A DNA stretch of 64,000 nt from Octopus sinensis. Lineage: Eukaryota. Made by a program: the position numbers and the translations under genes. The notes beneath the pieces were generated by a model, which saw nothing but the letters and a program-made list of their open reading frames with translations, was not told the origin of the DNA and did no database searches. The DNA lies in the NCBI RefSeq assembly GCF_006345805.1, contig NC_043022.1, forward strand, positions 17,298,001 to 17,362,000, read 5' to 3'. Positions 41,193-55,182 of the stretch are shown here, piece after piece. How positions within the stretch are numbered: the first letter of the stretch is position 1; the number at the start of each line of letters is the position of its first letter.

Positions 41193-42980
41193 TATGAGAA
41201 GATTTTCCATTGAGTAAAGTACGGAACGCACTGCAGACAGCCAAAGTAAGACCAAAATCTCGATTTGCGCAGTAAAGTTGTGAACTTCACATCTCATCTG
41301 TTTACATTGAACACACACGTGTAACACTTTCTCGTTGGTTGTCCACGCATTCACAGCAAGGAGCCATTACGATGAATTATAAATTAGTCTGCAAAAATAA
41401 AACTGGATGCGAAAGCACTTTCGTCTGACAACAGTAACAACACTCTACATAGAATGTTTTAAAAATTTGTTTATTAAATAAGGTAACTTTACTAATATTT
41501 AATGACAAACTCATTATCAACAGAAAAATACAAAACACTTAAAATCAACGACGGAATCTACCACAAGTAGAATAACTTTAAATTCGGCGTTGATGATTTT
41601 TCCAGTTATAACAATATTTTCGTGATCTTTTGCAACTTAGTGCAAAATGCACAAGCACCACGCCGTCATTACAGTGTTTGCTCCAAAAGTGACCACCTGA
41701 AACGAAGAATCATGGGTTCAAAGACTTCCAGGGAATATTTTGGACTTTGTGGCAACAGCATTATGAGAAGATGCGGAATGCAGAATGATGTTAAGGTTTT
41801 CGTTTGCAACAACACATTGATAGAGTTTAACCTTTCTCTTTGTTCGCTCCACAATATCGAACATCCTCTCACCAATTGCCACCTCTTTATTCAAAGAATT
41901 AACAGAGAGATTGAGTGTGGCATTGAACTCAGCTGTAGTCAATGGCGCTTCATTAGTGTTTAGATATTTCTGTATATGAGAGACTCAGTCACTGAATCTT
42001 TAGAATATCAGATAAAAACACTTCTTGTAGTGTTTGTTTCTGTCTGTTCGGGGGTTTTTTTACGTTCAGGATTCAATATTTTCCGAGGTTAACTTTGCTT
42101 TTATCTTTCCGGATAAATGTGATGGCAACAAAAGGAATCTATTTCAAAATGTTAAAATCAAGAGAGAAAACAACAGAGATATTACATTCGTTTGCAGCTG
42201 AGACAAAACTGAATGTCGATCGTTCGATGGAGACAACGACACGGAAACATGAGGAAATCTCGAGTGGGAAAAGCCGAAACACGAAACCAGATAAATCTGT
42301 CGCATAAAATGAAACTGCCAACAACAAATATTCTAATAAACTAAACAAACCAACTCCTGGAACAATATAAACATATAAGTACAACGAAGTATATACATCA
42401 GATACGACATACAATAAGCAACCGATGAACACACCAAAAGATCATAAAACAGAACACAAGATCTCTTACGTTTAACTTTAAACTAATAATATACTAGAAA
42501 TGCATCTAAGTTTATTGGGGAAAAAAACTTTAGCGAACCACAAGTCTTTAAACAGCAAAAACCTAATGATGGCCGATGGGGTTTATAAATTGCATTGCTA
42601 ATCTGAAAGTTATAAACTCAACGACTCCAACTGTTATATTGGCTTTCCAGTGCGATACTCTCCTGTCAGCAATCACTCCACACAGCGGATAACAAAAGTA
42701 GACAGGAAAACATTAGTAAATAATACAGTTATACTGTATTATTCCCAGACAAATAGGATAATAGAAGCAGAATTACAACACTGAACAAAACGAAGATATA
42801 AACACACCACAAACATCGATCATAAACAACAATAAACGTCCGACTGTTAAAGTTCCGGCACCAACCACATTGACCCTGCTTGTTATAAGACCTCACTTCA
42901 TCCTGAAGATGTGACTGTGACGGGCGAGAGACGTTCATGACGGATTTGGCAATATATATGTATGTGTATAATACATACAT

Positions 42981-43014
<34 letters not shown>

Positions 43015-43424
43015 TTCTGAGTATGCAGGTATATATGTATGTCTGCAGGTATATATGTATGTCTGTACATATGCATTGTTTATTATGATGTGTATCTTAA
43101 TTACATGGCGACTTAGCCATTCAACAAATATTGATCGATGCAATAAATACTGGGGACGACATGATTGCCTGAAACCCTTAGCGACGCTGCTCCAGCATGG
43201 CCGCAGTCCAATGGTTGAAACCCTTCAACGAACTCAACACAAAATATGCAGACAGATCGATAGGTGTGATGAGGGGAGGGGGGGCAAGCAAAGAAATAGA
43301 GAGAGGGGGGGATCGAAATGAAGGTGGGGGGGGTCATACATGTTCGATTAATAGCAAAGATTTTGTTATACCAACAATATCGAATGCAGTCTAATTGTTT
43401 AGAAATGTATTCCTTTTGATATAC

Positions 43425-43476
<52 letters not shown>

Positions 43477-44314
43477 TGTGTGTGTGTGTGTACTGATGTA
43501 ATCATTATATGTGTGTGTGTGTGTTTATAGATTTGCGGAGTTTGATTTGTTTTTTTTTGTGTTTTTTTTTCATGTCGTTGGCGGTGACAATTAGAGAGGC
43601 ATTTCAAAGGAATATCGCTGCAATTCATCCCCGCCCCCACCACGACCACCACCACAAATCTCTGTTTATCACATAATATATTCATTATGGATTTAATTTA
43701 CACTACATTACAAAACATTACTAAAATATTAATAAAACTTCTTGAATAAAATATTAAGCATTTTCACAGATTTTCGGTTCTTTTTTTTTTTTATGTAATA
43801 AAATTGATGTCACACCATTGTGCTGTGTCCCCTTCTCTCACACCCGAAGTTCTGGTCCCCTTTTTACTGCTGTATTTTGAAAAGAAAAAATAATAATCAA
43901 CTCATGTTGAAACTTGTCACCTCACCTCAAAGAAAACAAAAAAAACTTTCAGAGTGAGACACCGACCGACCGACCGACCAGCCGGGCACTAACACTGTCA
44001 CCTACGAAACTATGTGATATAATGTACAACAACAACAACAACGATAATGATAATTAAGGGTTTATTGATGTTCATAATGATGATGATGATGATGATGAGA
44101 CGAAGACGACGGTAATGGAGATGATGGTGGTGGTGGTGGTGGCGATAATGATGAAGGTGATGATGATAATGGTAGATGTTGGTAGTGAAGACGATGATGA
44201 TGATGATGGTAGTGGTGGTAGTGGTGGTGGTGGTGATGAAGTTGCAAAGTTATCACAGACAAATGGCTGCCCAGTTGTCATTGTGAAGGACGGGGTGAAA
44301 AAAAAAACGATGAC

Positions 44315-44349
<35 letters not shown>

Positions 44350-44477
44350 TTCCAATTTTGGAAGTGTGCCAGAACACGAGAAACAGCTTTGTTGGCCAAA
44401 CGCCCCACCCCACCCGCCCATCTCAGAACTTTTTAGTTCAAAGCTTTCTGGCAATCCGCTCCCCCCACTTCAAGCAA

Positions 44478-45350
44478 TAATAGTCCTTTCTACTAAAGGC
44501 ACAAGGCCTGGAATTTGAGGGGGTGGGGACGAGTCGGTTATCGACCTCGAAAGGATGAAAAGTGAAGTGGACCTCGGCGGAATTTGAACTCAGAACGTAG
44601 CGACGAGCGATATGCTGGTCCCCCCGGTAGGCGAGGCTCTGAGAGCTCCCGGGGGACCGAATCCGAGGGAAGGCTGACTTGTACAATTCGGCTTCTCAGG
44701 TCTGTCACTGAGCACCCAAGCGGCACAAGTCACTGCGGGTCAGAGACGCAGGAGAGCTTGCCCGAAGGCTCGCCATCCCGTGGCCCACCACTGAGGGATG
44801 CCGACCCCGAAAGTCGACCTCGGCGGAATTTGAACTCAGAACGTAGTGACGGGCGAGATGCTTAGCGGTATTTCGCTCGTCGTTACGTTCTGAGTTCAAA
44901 TTCCGCTGAGGTCGAATTTGCCTTTCATCCTTTCGGTATCCACTTCAGCACTGGAGTCGATGTAATCGACTAACACCGCTCCACCGAAATTTTAGGCCTT
45001 CTGCTTACAGTACACATTATTATTATTATTATTATTATTATTAATATACCTTTCATCTTTTCGGGGTCGATAAATTAAGTACCACTAAACTACAGAGGTC
45101 GATGCTATCGACTTACCTCCTCCCCCCAAAATTGCAGACCTTGTGCCTACAGTAGAAAGGATTATTATTATTAAGGCGGTGAGCTGGCAGAATCGTTAGC
45201 ATGCCGGACGAAATGCTTAGGGCCATTTAGTCCGTCGCTACGTTCTGAGTTTAAATGCCGCTGGGGTCGATTTTGCCTTTCACCCTTTCGGGGCCGATAG
45301 AATAAGTATCAGCCAAGCTGTATGGCCCTGTGTCAAAAATTGGAAAGAAA
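44478..45350. mobile_element. Cluster of family A SINE pieces in both orientations
   Basis: Minus pieces ~44478-44616 and ~44802-44855; plus pieces ~44850-45020, ~45048-45170, 45173-45345. Confidence 0.85.
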
Positions 45351-45632
45351 TATTATTAAACCTTTTCAAATATTTGAAGAGGGAGGCGAAGGCCGATGGA
45401 GGGGTGAGGAAATTTGTTTTTGAGTTTTTGTCGTATCTTCTTCATGTTTGCCCTTTTTTTTTTAATCGAGAGAAACCTCGTTTGTTTGTGACTTGTATTC
45501 CGTTTCTCTACACCAGCCTCACTGATATGGAAACAAGTCATTATCGTCATTTATAATATTACTATTACATAACAAACAAAATATCTGATCGGTAATTAAA
45601 ACGACATCACCAACACACACAGGGTTGGATGA

Positions 45633-45666
<34 letters not shown>

Positions 45667-45844
45667 CGGCGCGTGGTTCTTCTGTTTGTCATTAAAATGG
45701 TAAACAGTGGTTCCAGCGGTGGAGACTCAATCAAACATGCATAAATCAAAGAGTTTATTGCAATTAGACCAATATAAGAGAGAATTGGCTGGATGCACTG
45801 ATACATATATACAGACATACACACAAACAAATATATAAATATAT

Positions 45845-45892
<48 letters not shown>

Positions 45893-48129
45893 AATCTATA
45901 TACATTCATACTCATAAAAAAGTACATGTACAAGCTCATACAAATATATATATATCCATACATACATACACACACACACAGAAATAATTAAATATATACA
46001 TATACCTACATATATATATATCTACATATTGAAGTATATACACACACATATATATATATATATGCAAATATATATATAGTGCACATATATGCACCTACAC
46101 ACAAATACACTACGGGGGAGAGTGTGTGTGTGTGTGTGTGTGTTTATTGTGAAGCTATTATTCCCGATGTGTTGATGTATTTAGTTCCAACCGTGAAATC
46201 CCATTCAATCACGTGAAACGCCGAGTGGTTTTATGGAAAATTCTTTCTCTTAAAATGGCTCGCATCAAATAATTCCATTTTAAATTCATGTTAAAATGTT
46301 TTCCTCACATTTTACTCAGCTTTCAATGCTTCCCCACCCCCACCGCTTCCTCTTTTGTTTATCGTTTTTTTTTTTCTATTCAAAAATATTATTTTTAGAT
46401 CCGCCCGTCGTGGTGGTCACGGTACTCCTTCTTTTGTCTCACATTTTTTCATCCTTTTTTCGTTTCCTTGTTTTTCCCGCTTCTTTTTTTTTTTGTTTTT
46501 TTACTTTTTTCTTGTTATTGTTCTGGTTGTTGTTTTTGTTGTCATCGCTGCTGTTTTTATTTATATTTATTTATCTATTTTCTCTCTGGGGAACGAGACA
46601 ACCCCCATCCCTCCCCCACCCCCCATTATTGCCGTAAACTCACCATTTGTTAACTCTCCAAACCAGTTTCGAATCACGCCTACAAACTGTTTCACTTCCT
46701 TTATGGCCCCTAATCCTTTTCCTTACATTACTAATATCACAACTTCCAGATCACCCGAACCCTCCAATCTCTTTGAATTTTCTTTTTTTTTTTTCGTACT
46801 TTGTCCCACGTCCACATCCATGTTGGCCAACTAGAAATCTTCCTCAATCAGCCCCTGCTAAACCAAGAAAAAGCACATTGCATAATGTAGTCCTAGATAC
46901 ACAATGTCTCGAAAAACAGTGCGTGCAAATCTGGTAATGCGCCCAATCCAGATGTAATACAAAGGCCTCCACCCAGAGGCACCTTATGGCAAAAAGTGGT
47001 CGCCACTGAATATGACAAGAGTAACGCGGCTTCCATTACACGCAACAGAGCAAAGCCGACCGCAGAATTTCAACTCAGATGGAAATGAGTTGCAACAAAC
47101 CAACGCTCCAATTCGCCTTGTTTGTATGTAGGAATGTTCTTTTTTGTTTTCAATTAAGAAGAAGGAGCTATTTTCTAACAAAGATACAAAGCTCCATCGT
47201 TGAAATGTAGATTACGAAAAAAACGTCACATTTTAAACTTGAGAAAAGTCTTGCAGAGTCTTACTGTTCCACTTACAAGATTGTATTTGTAATGTGTGAG
47301 TTGGTTGGTTGATTTCTTTTTCTGGAAATCCAAGCTTATCCAGATTGATAATCTTAGCTAAGATACAGCAGTCACGAACAACATGCCTGGGACATCTCAT
47401 ATATATATATATCTAACGAGACATCCCCTTCTTTATGCATGGACCTGATGTGACACAAAACTGCACACAGCTTGATGCAACATAATTTGATGCACAAAAT
47501 CGTGCCCATAACGAACAGTTTCAGGATAAGTTGAAACGATCGTCGCCCTGAATAAAGACATCTGTCTTCCGTTTAGTACTACTGTCTCAGCTAACAATTC
47601 TTGAAGTAGAATCAGCGGAAATAGACCACAACCGTGGATGTCACCAGGGAGCCACAGCTGTGAACGTGCTTTACTCAACACACTAATTGACACATACCCA
47701 TTAGTGCCCACCACTGCCCAAATTACATATATATAATGTGTGTGTGTGCGTTCATACATTCATACAAAACGCATAAACTTACGTACATACAACCCGAAGT
47801 GTCAACATTAATCTACGATTGAATAATTGAGCATTTATTCACATGAAACCATTGGTAGTCCATCCGCCAATGATTTGTAGTTTATTACTTATCCATCCAT
47901 CCATCTTTCAGTGTGCGTGTGTGAGCAGCGATACGTAAGATATCGATTCTCTTAGTCTGAACAGAGGTCTCAATAGTTTTCCCACTTTTCTCGTAAACAT
48001 TTGAGTTCTTTGCAAAATCTTCCATCTACTTATTTTGGTAACGTAGCAAATGTCGAAGTGCGCGCGTGCGTGTACGCATGTGTAATTTTGTGCGTGTGTG
48101 TATGTGTGGATAAATGTGTGTAGGTGGGT

Positions 48130-48180
<51 letters not shown>

Positions 48181-50304
48181 AGCTGATGCTGCTAATGGTT
48201 CGTTGTGCGAAACTATCCAGCCAGCCAGCCAGCCAGCCAGCCAGACAACCATCGTTGCCGTCCGTCCATCTCCGTCCATCTCCGTCACTCTGTCTAACTT
48301 CAACATCCAATATTGGAAAATAAAATAAAATAAAATAGAGAAAATATACGAAAAAAAAAAACCTACAAAAGAAAACTAACCTCGGCATGCGCAATAACGA
48401 ACTTCCGGTCGATTAACAAAGCGAATGACACGCGTTATTTTTGTGTGAAATGTTTGTGTTTTTGAAGTGATTTTTGGGTGGAGCAGTCGCTTAATTGAAT
48501 TAACTGGCACCACACACACACACACACACACGCACATATAGACACACACATACATACACGCACACAACATGAATAATAATAAAAAATACATTATTATTAT
48601 TGTTATTGTTATTATTGTTATTTAGCCCTGTGGCCGTCGTCGTCGTCATCATCAAGTACAACAACAACAACAACAACACTAATGTTAGAAACAACCATAA
48701 TTTAGCAGCTGGATAACTATTGGATGGACATTAGAGACAACAACAGCAACAACAACACCAGGAATGGAAAGGAAACGGGAAAGGAGGCGGGTGGGGGTGG
48801 GGATGGGAGGTGAAGAGGAAGAAAGAGAGGAAGGGGGGGAGGGAGGTAAATAATAAAAATAATCATAAATCACTATAATGATAACAACAACAACAAAAGA
48901 CAATGAAAAGCTGAACGAACGGGATATGGGGGGGGAGTATGTGTGTGTGTGTGTGTGATGGTGGCGAGTGGGTGTTGGCGGTGGCGACGGTGAGAGTGGA
49001 AGGAGGAGGTGATGTAAATGTGTGATCATAGGAGGGAGTGGTGGTGAGGGGGGTGACAGCGGTGCTTTTATAGAAAGCAGAGACATGGAAGGCGGCGAGG
49101 GGGCTGGCATCTACAGACCACATCGGGGGGGGGGGCATCAGGGGGCCATTACTTCCCACTAATGTTTAGTTAATACAGCAATAAAACTGGAGAGGTGAAG
49201 CTAACCGTGTCAATAGGACAGGCATCTCCAGGTTATGGGTAGCCCAAGCGTGTCAATAGGACTTCCAACACTAGGACATGTCTAGCCTAGCCGGGTCGAT
49301 AGGACATGGCTAGCCAGACCAGCAATAAGATGTGGCCGGCCTGGTCGTGTCAATAAGCTACTAAGAACCACCCCTTATTACCCTATTAACAATGGGCAAA
49401 ACACAGAGAATATAGATCCGGACACCCCTAAAAAGACCGGGTGGTCACAGCTTGAATGTTAGTGTTCATAGGTCACTATGATCATAGGTCGCTGGAATAG
49501 TGTTAGCCTGGGTTAAACAACAACACCGGTTCACGTAATCGAATAATGTCAATAGACATATTTCTGTGCAAAGAACAGATCACCATATATGGTTGGCTGG
49601 CTGGCTGGTTGGTTGGTTGGTTGGTTGGCTATGTAACTCCAGATTGATGCAGTCCAACAAACAAAGACGCTCCGGACGTAACCATCTCGTCGTTGTCTTT
49701 GTTCTAGGCATAGCAGCGTATTTAGAACACGTTATGTTATCTCATGCATTGTCTGTCTGTCTGTCTCTCTTTTGTCAAGAGAAAGCGCAGCGCTGTGAAC
49801 CTCAACAGGGGTCTGCGACACTGACGGGGAAGGAAGGAAGAAGGGATCCTCAAACCAGAGGATTGGCCTAGAACTGGGTCCACTCTAAGCCCTCAAAGTC
49901 CCAGGAGGTGATGTTAAATCGGGCAATGAATGAAGTTTACTACTCAAAAATACTAACGTGTGATTTGAGGGAGATTTAGCTGTTCTTTCTGTTATCGTCA
50001 GCGACCACAAAGTTGTGAGTTGCGTTGGTTAATTAAAACTTCATCTTTAAAACTTTAATTTGGAATACTTTGTGGTTACCGTTTCTAGTTGCTGTACTCT
50101 CTAGTTTACTGGAGAGTACTCCAATGTAGATGTAGTCTAATGTGAGCGCACCTGTGTCTTGTACAGGGACCAGAACCTATTTAGGATCGAACCAGTTTCC
50201 AAATCTCACAAAAAGCCAAACCTTGGAGATATAAACAGGGCATGGGTATTTTGACTACTATTTCTAACAGGCTAAGTTACTAGGTAGATAGTTACTCATT
50301 AGCA

Positions 50305-50335
<31 letters not shown>

Positions 50336-50750
50336 TGTGTGTTAGAGAGCGACAGAGAAAGAGAGGGACAGAAAGAGTGGATGTTGAGGAACATTTTGTC
50401 CTCTTGTAAATGGCTATCCGTCAACATCGACGATGATTTCTCAGTTGCCCCCGAATGACCTGTTCAACGAATTAACGTGTAAGTGGCCGAGTATTCCACA
50501 GACATGTGTCCTCTTAACGTAATCAGTGTGACACACAGGTCTAACCTTTGAATTACGGGTACGATCCACTCGACAGTTTCCGTTCATTCAGAAAACTTGG
50601 GTCGACCCAAGACCAGGGTAAATGACATTTGGACAAGACACCACGCGGTGGGAGCGAACCCAACACTTGGTTGCTGAACGAACTTTTTAACCAATTTGGT
50701 CACATTGCATTCCCAACACAGGAACATACACAATGTGTGTGTGTGTCTGT

Positions 50751-50788
<38 letters not shown>

Positions 50789-52814
50789 TGTGGTGTGTAT
50801 GTGTATGTGTGTCTGTGTGTGTGTGTGCGTGTGTGTGTGTATGTGTGTGTGTCAGTGTGCGTGTGTGTGTGTGTGTGTGTGTCAGTGTGTGTGCGTGTGT
50901 GTGTGTATGTGTGTGTGTGTGTCAGTGTGCGTGTGTGTGTGTGTGTGTGTGTGTAGACATTTCATCTTAATTCCCATTGCACATATATTTATTATCCATT
51001 ATTATTGTCTCTGCTAACATCATCATCATCATCACAAAAAAATCCTCATCATTAACGAACACCGCACCATTATAATCTTCACACCCTAACCCCCACCCCT
51101 CTCTTCTCCCAACCATCACCATTTCACTTTCATTAATATGTGGACACACACACACACACACACACGTAGCAAGTTTTGCAATATCTGTTTCATAATAGCC
51201 TTCCTCTCCGTCTCCACCCCACCTCCCCCATCTTCATCACTCACATACCCCAATCCCACAATACACCGCGTCACGTCCCCCATGGACACACACACACACA
51301 CACATTCTCATTTAACAACCAACAAAACCATCCACCCCACGACCAACACCATCACCGCCGCCACCCTCGACACAAAACAAAGCTACCCACAATGCAGTGC
51401 TCCTCCCAGGGTAAACCACATCACACCTCGCTCTCCTCCCCCATCCGACACATCACACCTCCCTCTCATTCCGCTCTCTCGCTCTCCCTCCACCCCTATC
51501 TCTACTACTACCCCACCCCGCCACTTCACACCTCAACTACCCGGCACCGTTCTCTCATTAAAATAGTTTTTATTTGTAGGAGATCTTTAGCCGGGTGGGG
51601 ATGGGGTGGGGATTTACAGTTATTATTTTAATATTTAAAAAAAAAGTTAAGTGCTCCTCCCCTCCAACACCACCACTACCCCCAACACCAGCGCCACTGC
51701 TACAACCACCTCCGCCACCCCTATCACCATTAACACCACCCCCACCACAAACACTGCAGCAGACAAATTCGTTAATAAGTTTACATTGTAGGGTCGTGGG
51801 TCCAAGTTTGATCCCAGTCGATGAAACTCTTGCTAAATGTCTGTTAGTGGGGGTCCCGGGTGGGGGAATAAAACTGGGGAGACGGATGGATATACATGTC
51901 TTTCAGTTGTTTCAGCCATTAGATTGCGGCCATGCTGGGGCAACACCTTGGACAATCGAGTCCAGGGCTTATTTTTTAAATCAGTCTGGTACTTATTCTA
52001 TTGATTACCTTTTGCCAAACTGCTCAGTTACAGGGACGTAAACACACCATCATCGGTTATCAAGCGGTGGTGGGGACAAGTACACACACACACACACAAC
52101 AGGTTCCTTTCAGTTTCCGTCAACCAATCCTCTCACAAGGTCTTGACAGACAAGGAGCTATAAAAGGCCCTCCTCAAAAGTAGCACACTGTGGGATTGAA
52201 CCTACATCAACCATGAGGTTGGGTGTGTGTGTGTATATATATATAGTGTATGTGTGTGTGTGTGGTAGTATAATCTGTTCAGCTGTGTGCCTAATGCCTC
52301 CCCCCCACGCCATCACCCGACAATCTTCCTCTCCTTGTTATTACACATCACCTCCTTCCTCCACACTCCTTATACTACACCTTCACCCCACACCGTCTTC
52401 AGGTTTTGGTGGGCATCATGGCGCTGGTGATGCTGACACCTTTTCACTTTCGTTAGGTTTTAAATACGAACAACATTCATTTCGTGTTTTTTTCTTTTTA
52501 ACTAGTTTTTATTGTTGCTGTTGTTGTTGTTGTGATGCTGTTCCAATCATTCGTTTTTAACCAAGTGCAGCGTCTGTGAAAGGTGGCCAAGCAGCGAAAA
52601 GAGAAGATGGCTCTCTCTCTCCTGGCTTCATTTCGCAGAGAAGAAGCCACAGTTCTCCTCTGCCCCTCCTACGTCCAATGGTTTGATGTCTTTACGTCAC
52701 CCACCACCTTCATTCCACTTGGACGGTTAAATGTGCATACTATCACACACAACACCTTTCTTATACGTTTTTATAGGAATGAATAGGGTAAAGATCCTTC
52801 TCTAGTCATAAGGT

Positions 52815-53017
52815 CTGTGGTTTCTGTGGCGCATATATTCCCCCTGGATGGGACGCCGATCCGTCGCAGGATTATTCACTTTGCTGACTGAGTGGACTGG
52901 AGCAACGAGAAATGAAGTGTCTTGCTCAAGAACACAACACATCACGCGGTTCAGGAATCGAAACCACAACCTTACGATCACGAGTCCAACACCCTAACCA
53001 CTATTCCACGCACCTCT
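52815..53017 (-). mobile_element. tRNA-derived SINE family C with CORE-like and V-domain-like segments
   Basis: Minus strand: GGTGCGTGGAATAGTGGTTAGG...GGTTTCGATTCC...TTGAGCAAGACACTT...CCTGCGACGGATCGGCGTCCCATCCAGGGG. Confidence 0.7.
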
Positions 53018-53070
53018 GCAAAGAATGAATAGGTTTTGGTGCCAAATAAAAAGATATTATTATTGTTATT

Positions 53071-53275
53071 GAAGCAGTAAGTTGGCAGAATTGTTAGGAC
53101 GCCGGATAACATGCTGAGTACTTTTTCGTCCGTCTTTTCATGCTGAGTTCAAATTTCGCCAATGTTAATTTTGTCTTTCATCCTTTCTGGGTCGATGAAA
53201 TAATTACTAGTCAAATGGCAGGGTCCACAGTATCGACTAGTCCCCCCCCCGCCCCCGAAATTGCTGGTTTTTGTA
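53071..53275 (+). mobile_element. SINE family A (diverged)
   Basis: GTTGGCAGAATTGTTAG...GAGTTCAAATTTC...TCTTTCATCCTTTC. Confidence 0.75.
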
Positions 53276-53289
53276 ACTAAATTAACGAC

Positions 53290-54115
53290 ACCACATATGA
53301 AGCTCTGATGGTGAAGCAGGGGGGGGGGTGACGATGTTGGGGTGAGTGTAAGGCGTCGACGAGGAGGACGAACTCAGGAGTCCGTTTCGGAGGACTTTCA
53401 GGCCGGGGTCTATTGTGAATAACTCGTACAAATCCCTGGCCTAGCAGTTTTGCCGAGGGGCACTCCCTGCTTGAGAGAAACTCTACAGGTACGGAGGAAG
53501 TGCTACCAGGTGAAACTGTCCGAGACTCGCAAAGCAGTGAGAGCTGATCTGCGTGCATTTGGGCAGTATCCAGACATTTCATTACTGAGTTATGGAGTTG
53601 AATAGCCATTGTCAGGTGTAGAAAGAACACGACCGTCGGTCAGGTCCATTGTAAAGATCGCTGAGCCAATAGCCACCTTTAACAAAGCAGTGTTCCTCTG
53701 TCTAGTGACAATGGTAAAAGAGGTTGTGTGGCTGAAAAGAGGCTAAAAAGATTGAGGACACCTTCTTCAGTCAAACCTTTGTCGACTTTTTCGAGGTCCA
53801 CTTCAAAACGGAAGTCAGAATGGAGAGGGAAGTTTTCTCTTCTGGCGAAGTTTTCAAGGGTTGGGTGACTGTGATAAAAAGGGTCAGAGTGAGGCGTTTG
53901 TCGATTGCAGAAACACATTTGGGCGAGAGCTTGTGCCCTTGGGGGTCAGGCTAATCCTTCATTAACCTTAGTTGAAGGTTTTCCCGTATCAGAACTCCAT
54001 TTTCCACAAGTTCACGTATTTTGAATCCCTTTTTTTAAACATCATCTACCCACTCTTCTCAATTTCTTTTCCCTGTCTTTTTCATGTAAACCCACAAATT
54101 GTAAACTATCCTTGT
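53290..54115 (+). mobile_element. Decayed L1/Tx1-like LINE 3' end (zf-RVT region + 3' UTR)
   Basis: YKSLA*QFCRGALPA*EKLYRYG...NCPR...VFLCLVTMVKEVVW resembles the LxWxxxxGALP...CPRC...KxxIW pattern of Tx1 ORF2; many stops. Confidence 0.6.
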
Positions 54116-54788
54116 AATGTTTCTCTTCATCTGATACTCTTGAGGCAAATAAAAAAAAATAATCATCGTCTCATTATTATTATTATTATTGTTGTTGTTA
54201 TGTATTATTTAATAATAAATTATTGATGTAATTTCTCAACGGAGAACCTAACAGATTGAATCAGGAAGTTCTTTGACAAGACATATTCTGTCTGTTAAGG
54301 GATTCCGTTCCGTTGGTCCTCCTCCTCTTCCTCCTCCTCCTACTCCTCCATCACCTCATACCCCCACCCACCCACCCAACCCTCGCCAGGGTGTTTTTTT
54401 TAAATATTCCATTTGATTTCAATTTGTGCATTTGTAATAAATGTAGTTTCTCCACCAACTAAGTGAATTATTGACAGACACACCGGATGTGTGGTGGTGG
54501 CGGTGGTGGTAGACATGCTGCGGTGGCTGTTGTAGGGGTGGTAGTTTATGATGGTGGTCGTAGTTTGATTGGGTTTGGCGATGGCGATACTGCTGCTGCT
54601 GATGGTGATGATGATAACAGCGATTAATGAGAGCAGAAACAACATCAACAACAATAAACAACAGCAAAAGAAAAAAAAAGAAAAACGGTTTCAGCCGTTG
54701 AAAGATTAAACAGCAACAAAAACAAAAAACTATTGAATTGTTCCTTTCAAAATATTCAACGACCCTTATGACGGTGAGGGGCTGGCAA

Positions 54789-55000
54789 GGGGCTGGCAGA
54801 GGCGTTAGCACGCCGGACAAAAATGCTCAGCGGTATTTTGTCTGCCGTTACGTTCTGAGTTCAAATTCCGCCGACGTCGACTTTGCCTTTCATCCTTTCG
54901 GGGTCAATAAATTAAGTACCAGTTACGTACCGGGGTCGATCTAATCGACTGGGCCCCTCACCCAAAATTTCGAGCCTTTCGTCTAGAGTAGAAAAGAATA
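54789..55000 (+). mobile_element. SINE family A
   Basis: GGCTGGCAGAGGCGTTAGCACGCCGG...GAGTTCAAATTCCGCCGACGTCGACTTTGCC. Confidence 0.88.
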
Positions 55001-55130
55001 TTTAATGATCCTGATATTTCTGGAATATAAACCATTTTATGAGGGTTTAACATAACCAGAGAGAGAGAGAGAGAGAGAGAGTGTGAGAGAGAGAGAGTGT
55101 GTGTGTGAGAGAGTGTGAGAGTGTGTGTGT

Positions 55131-55182
<52 letters not shown>

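Noticed and set aside
49200-49360. CRISPR-like repeat/spacer appearance
   Set aside because: Repeats are only ~14 nt and degenerate, the context is a eukaryotic intron, and there are no cas genes.
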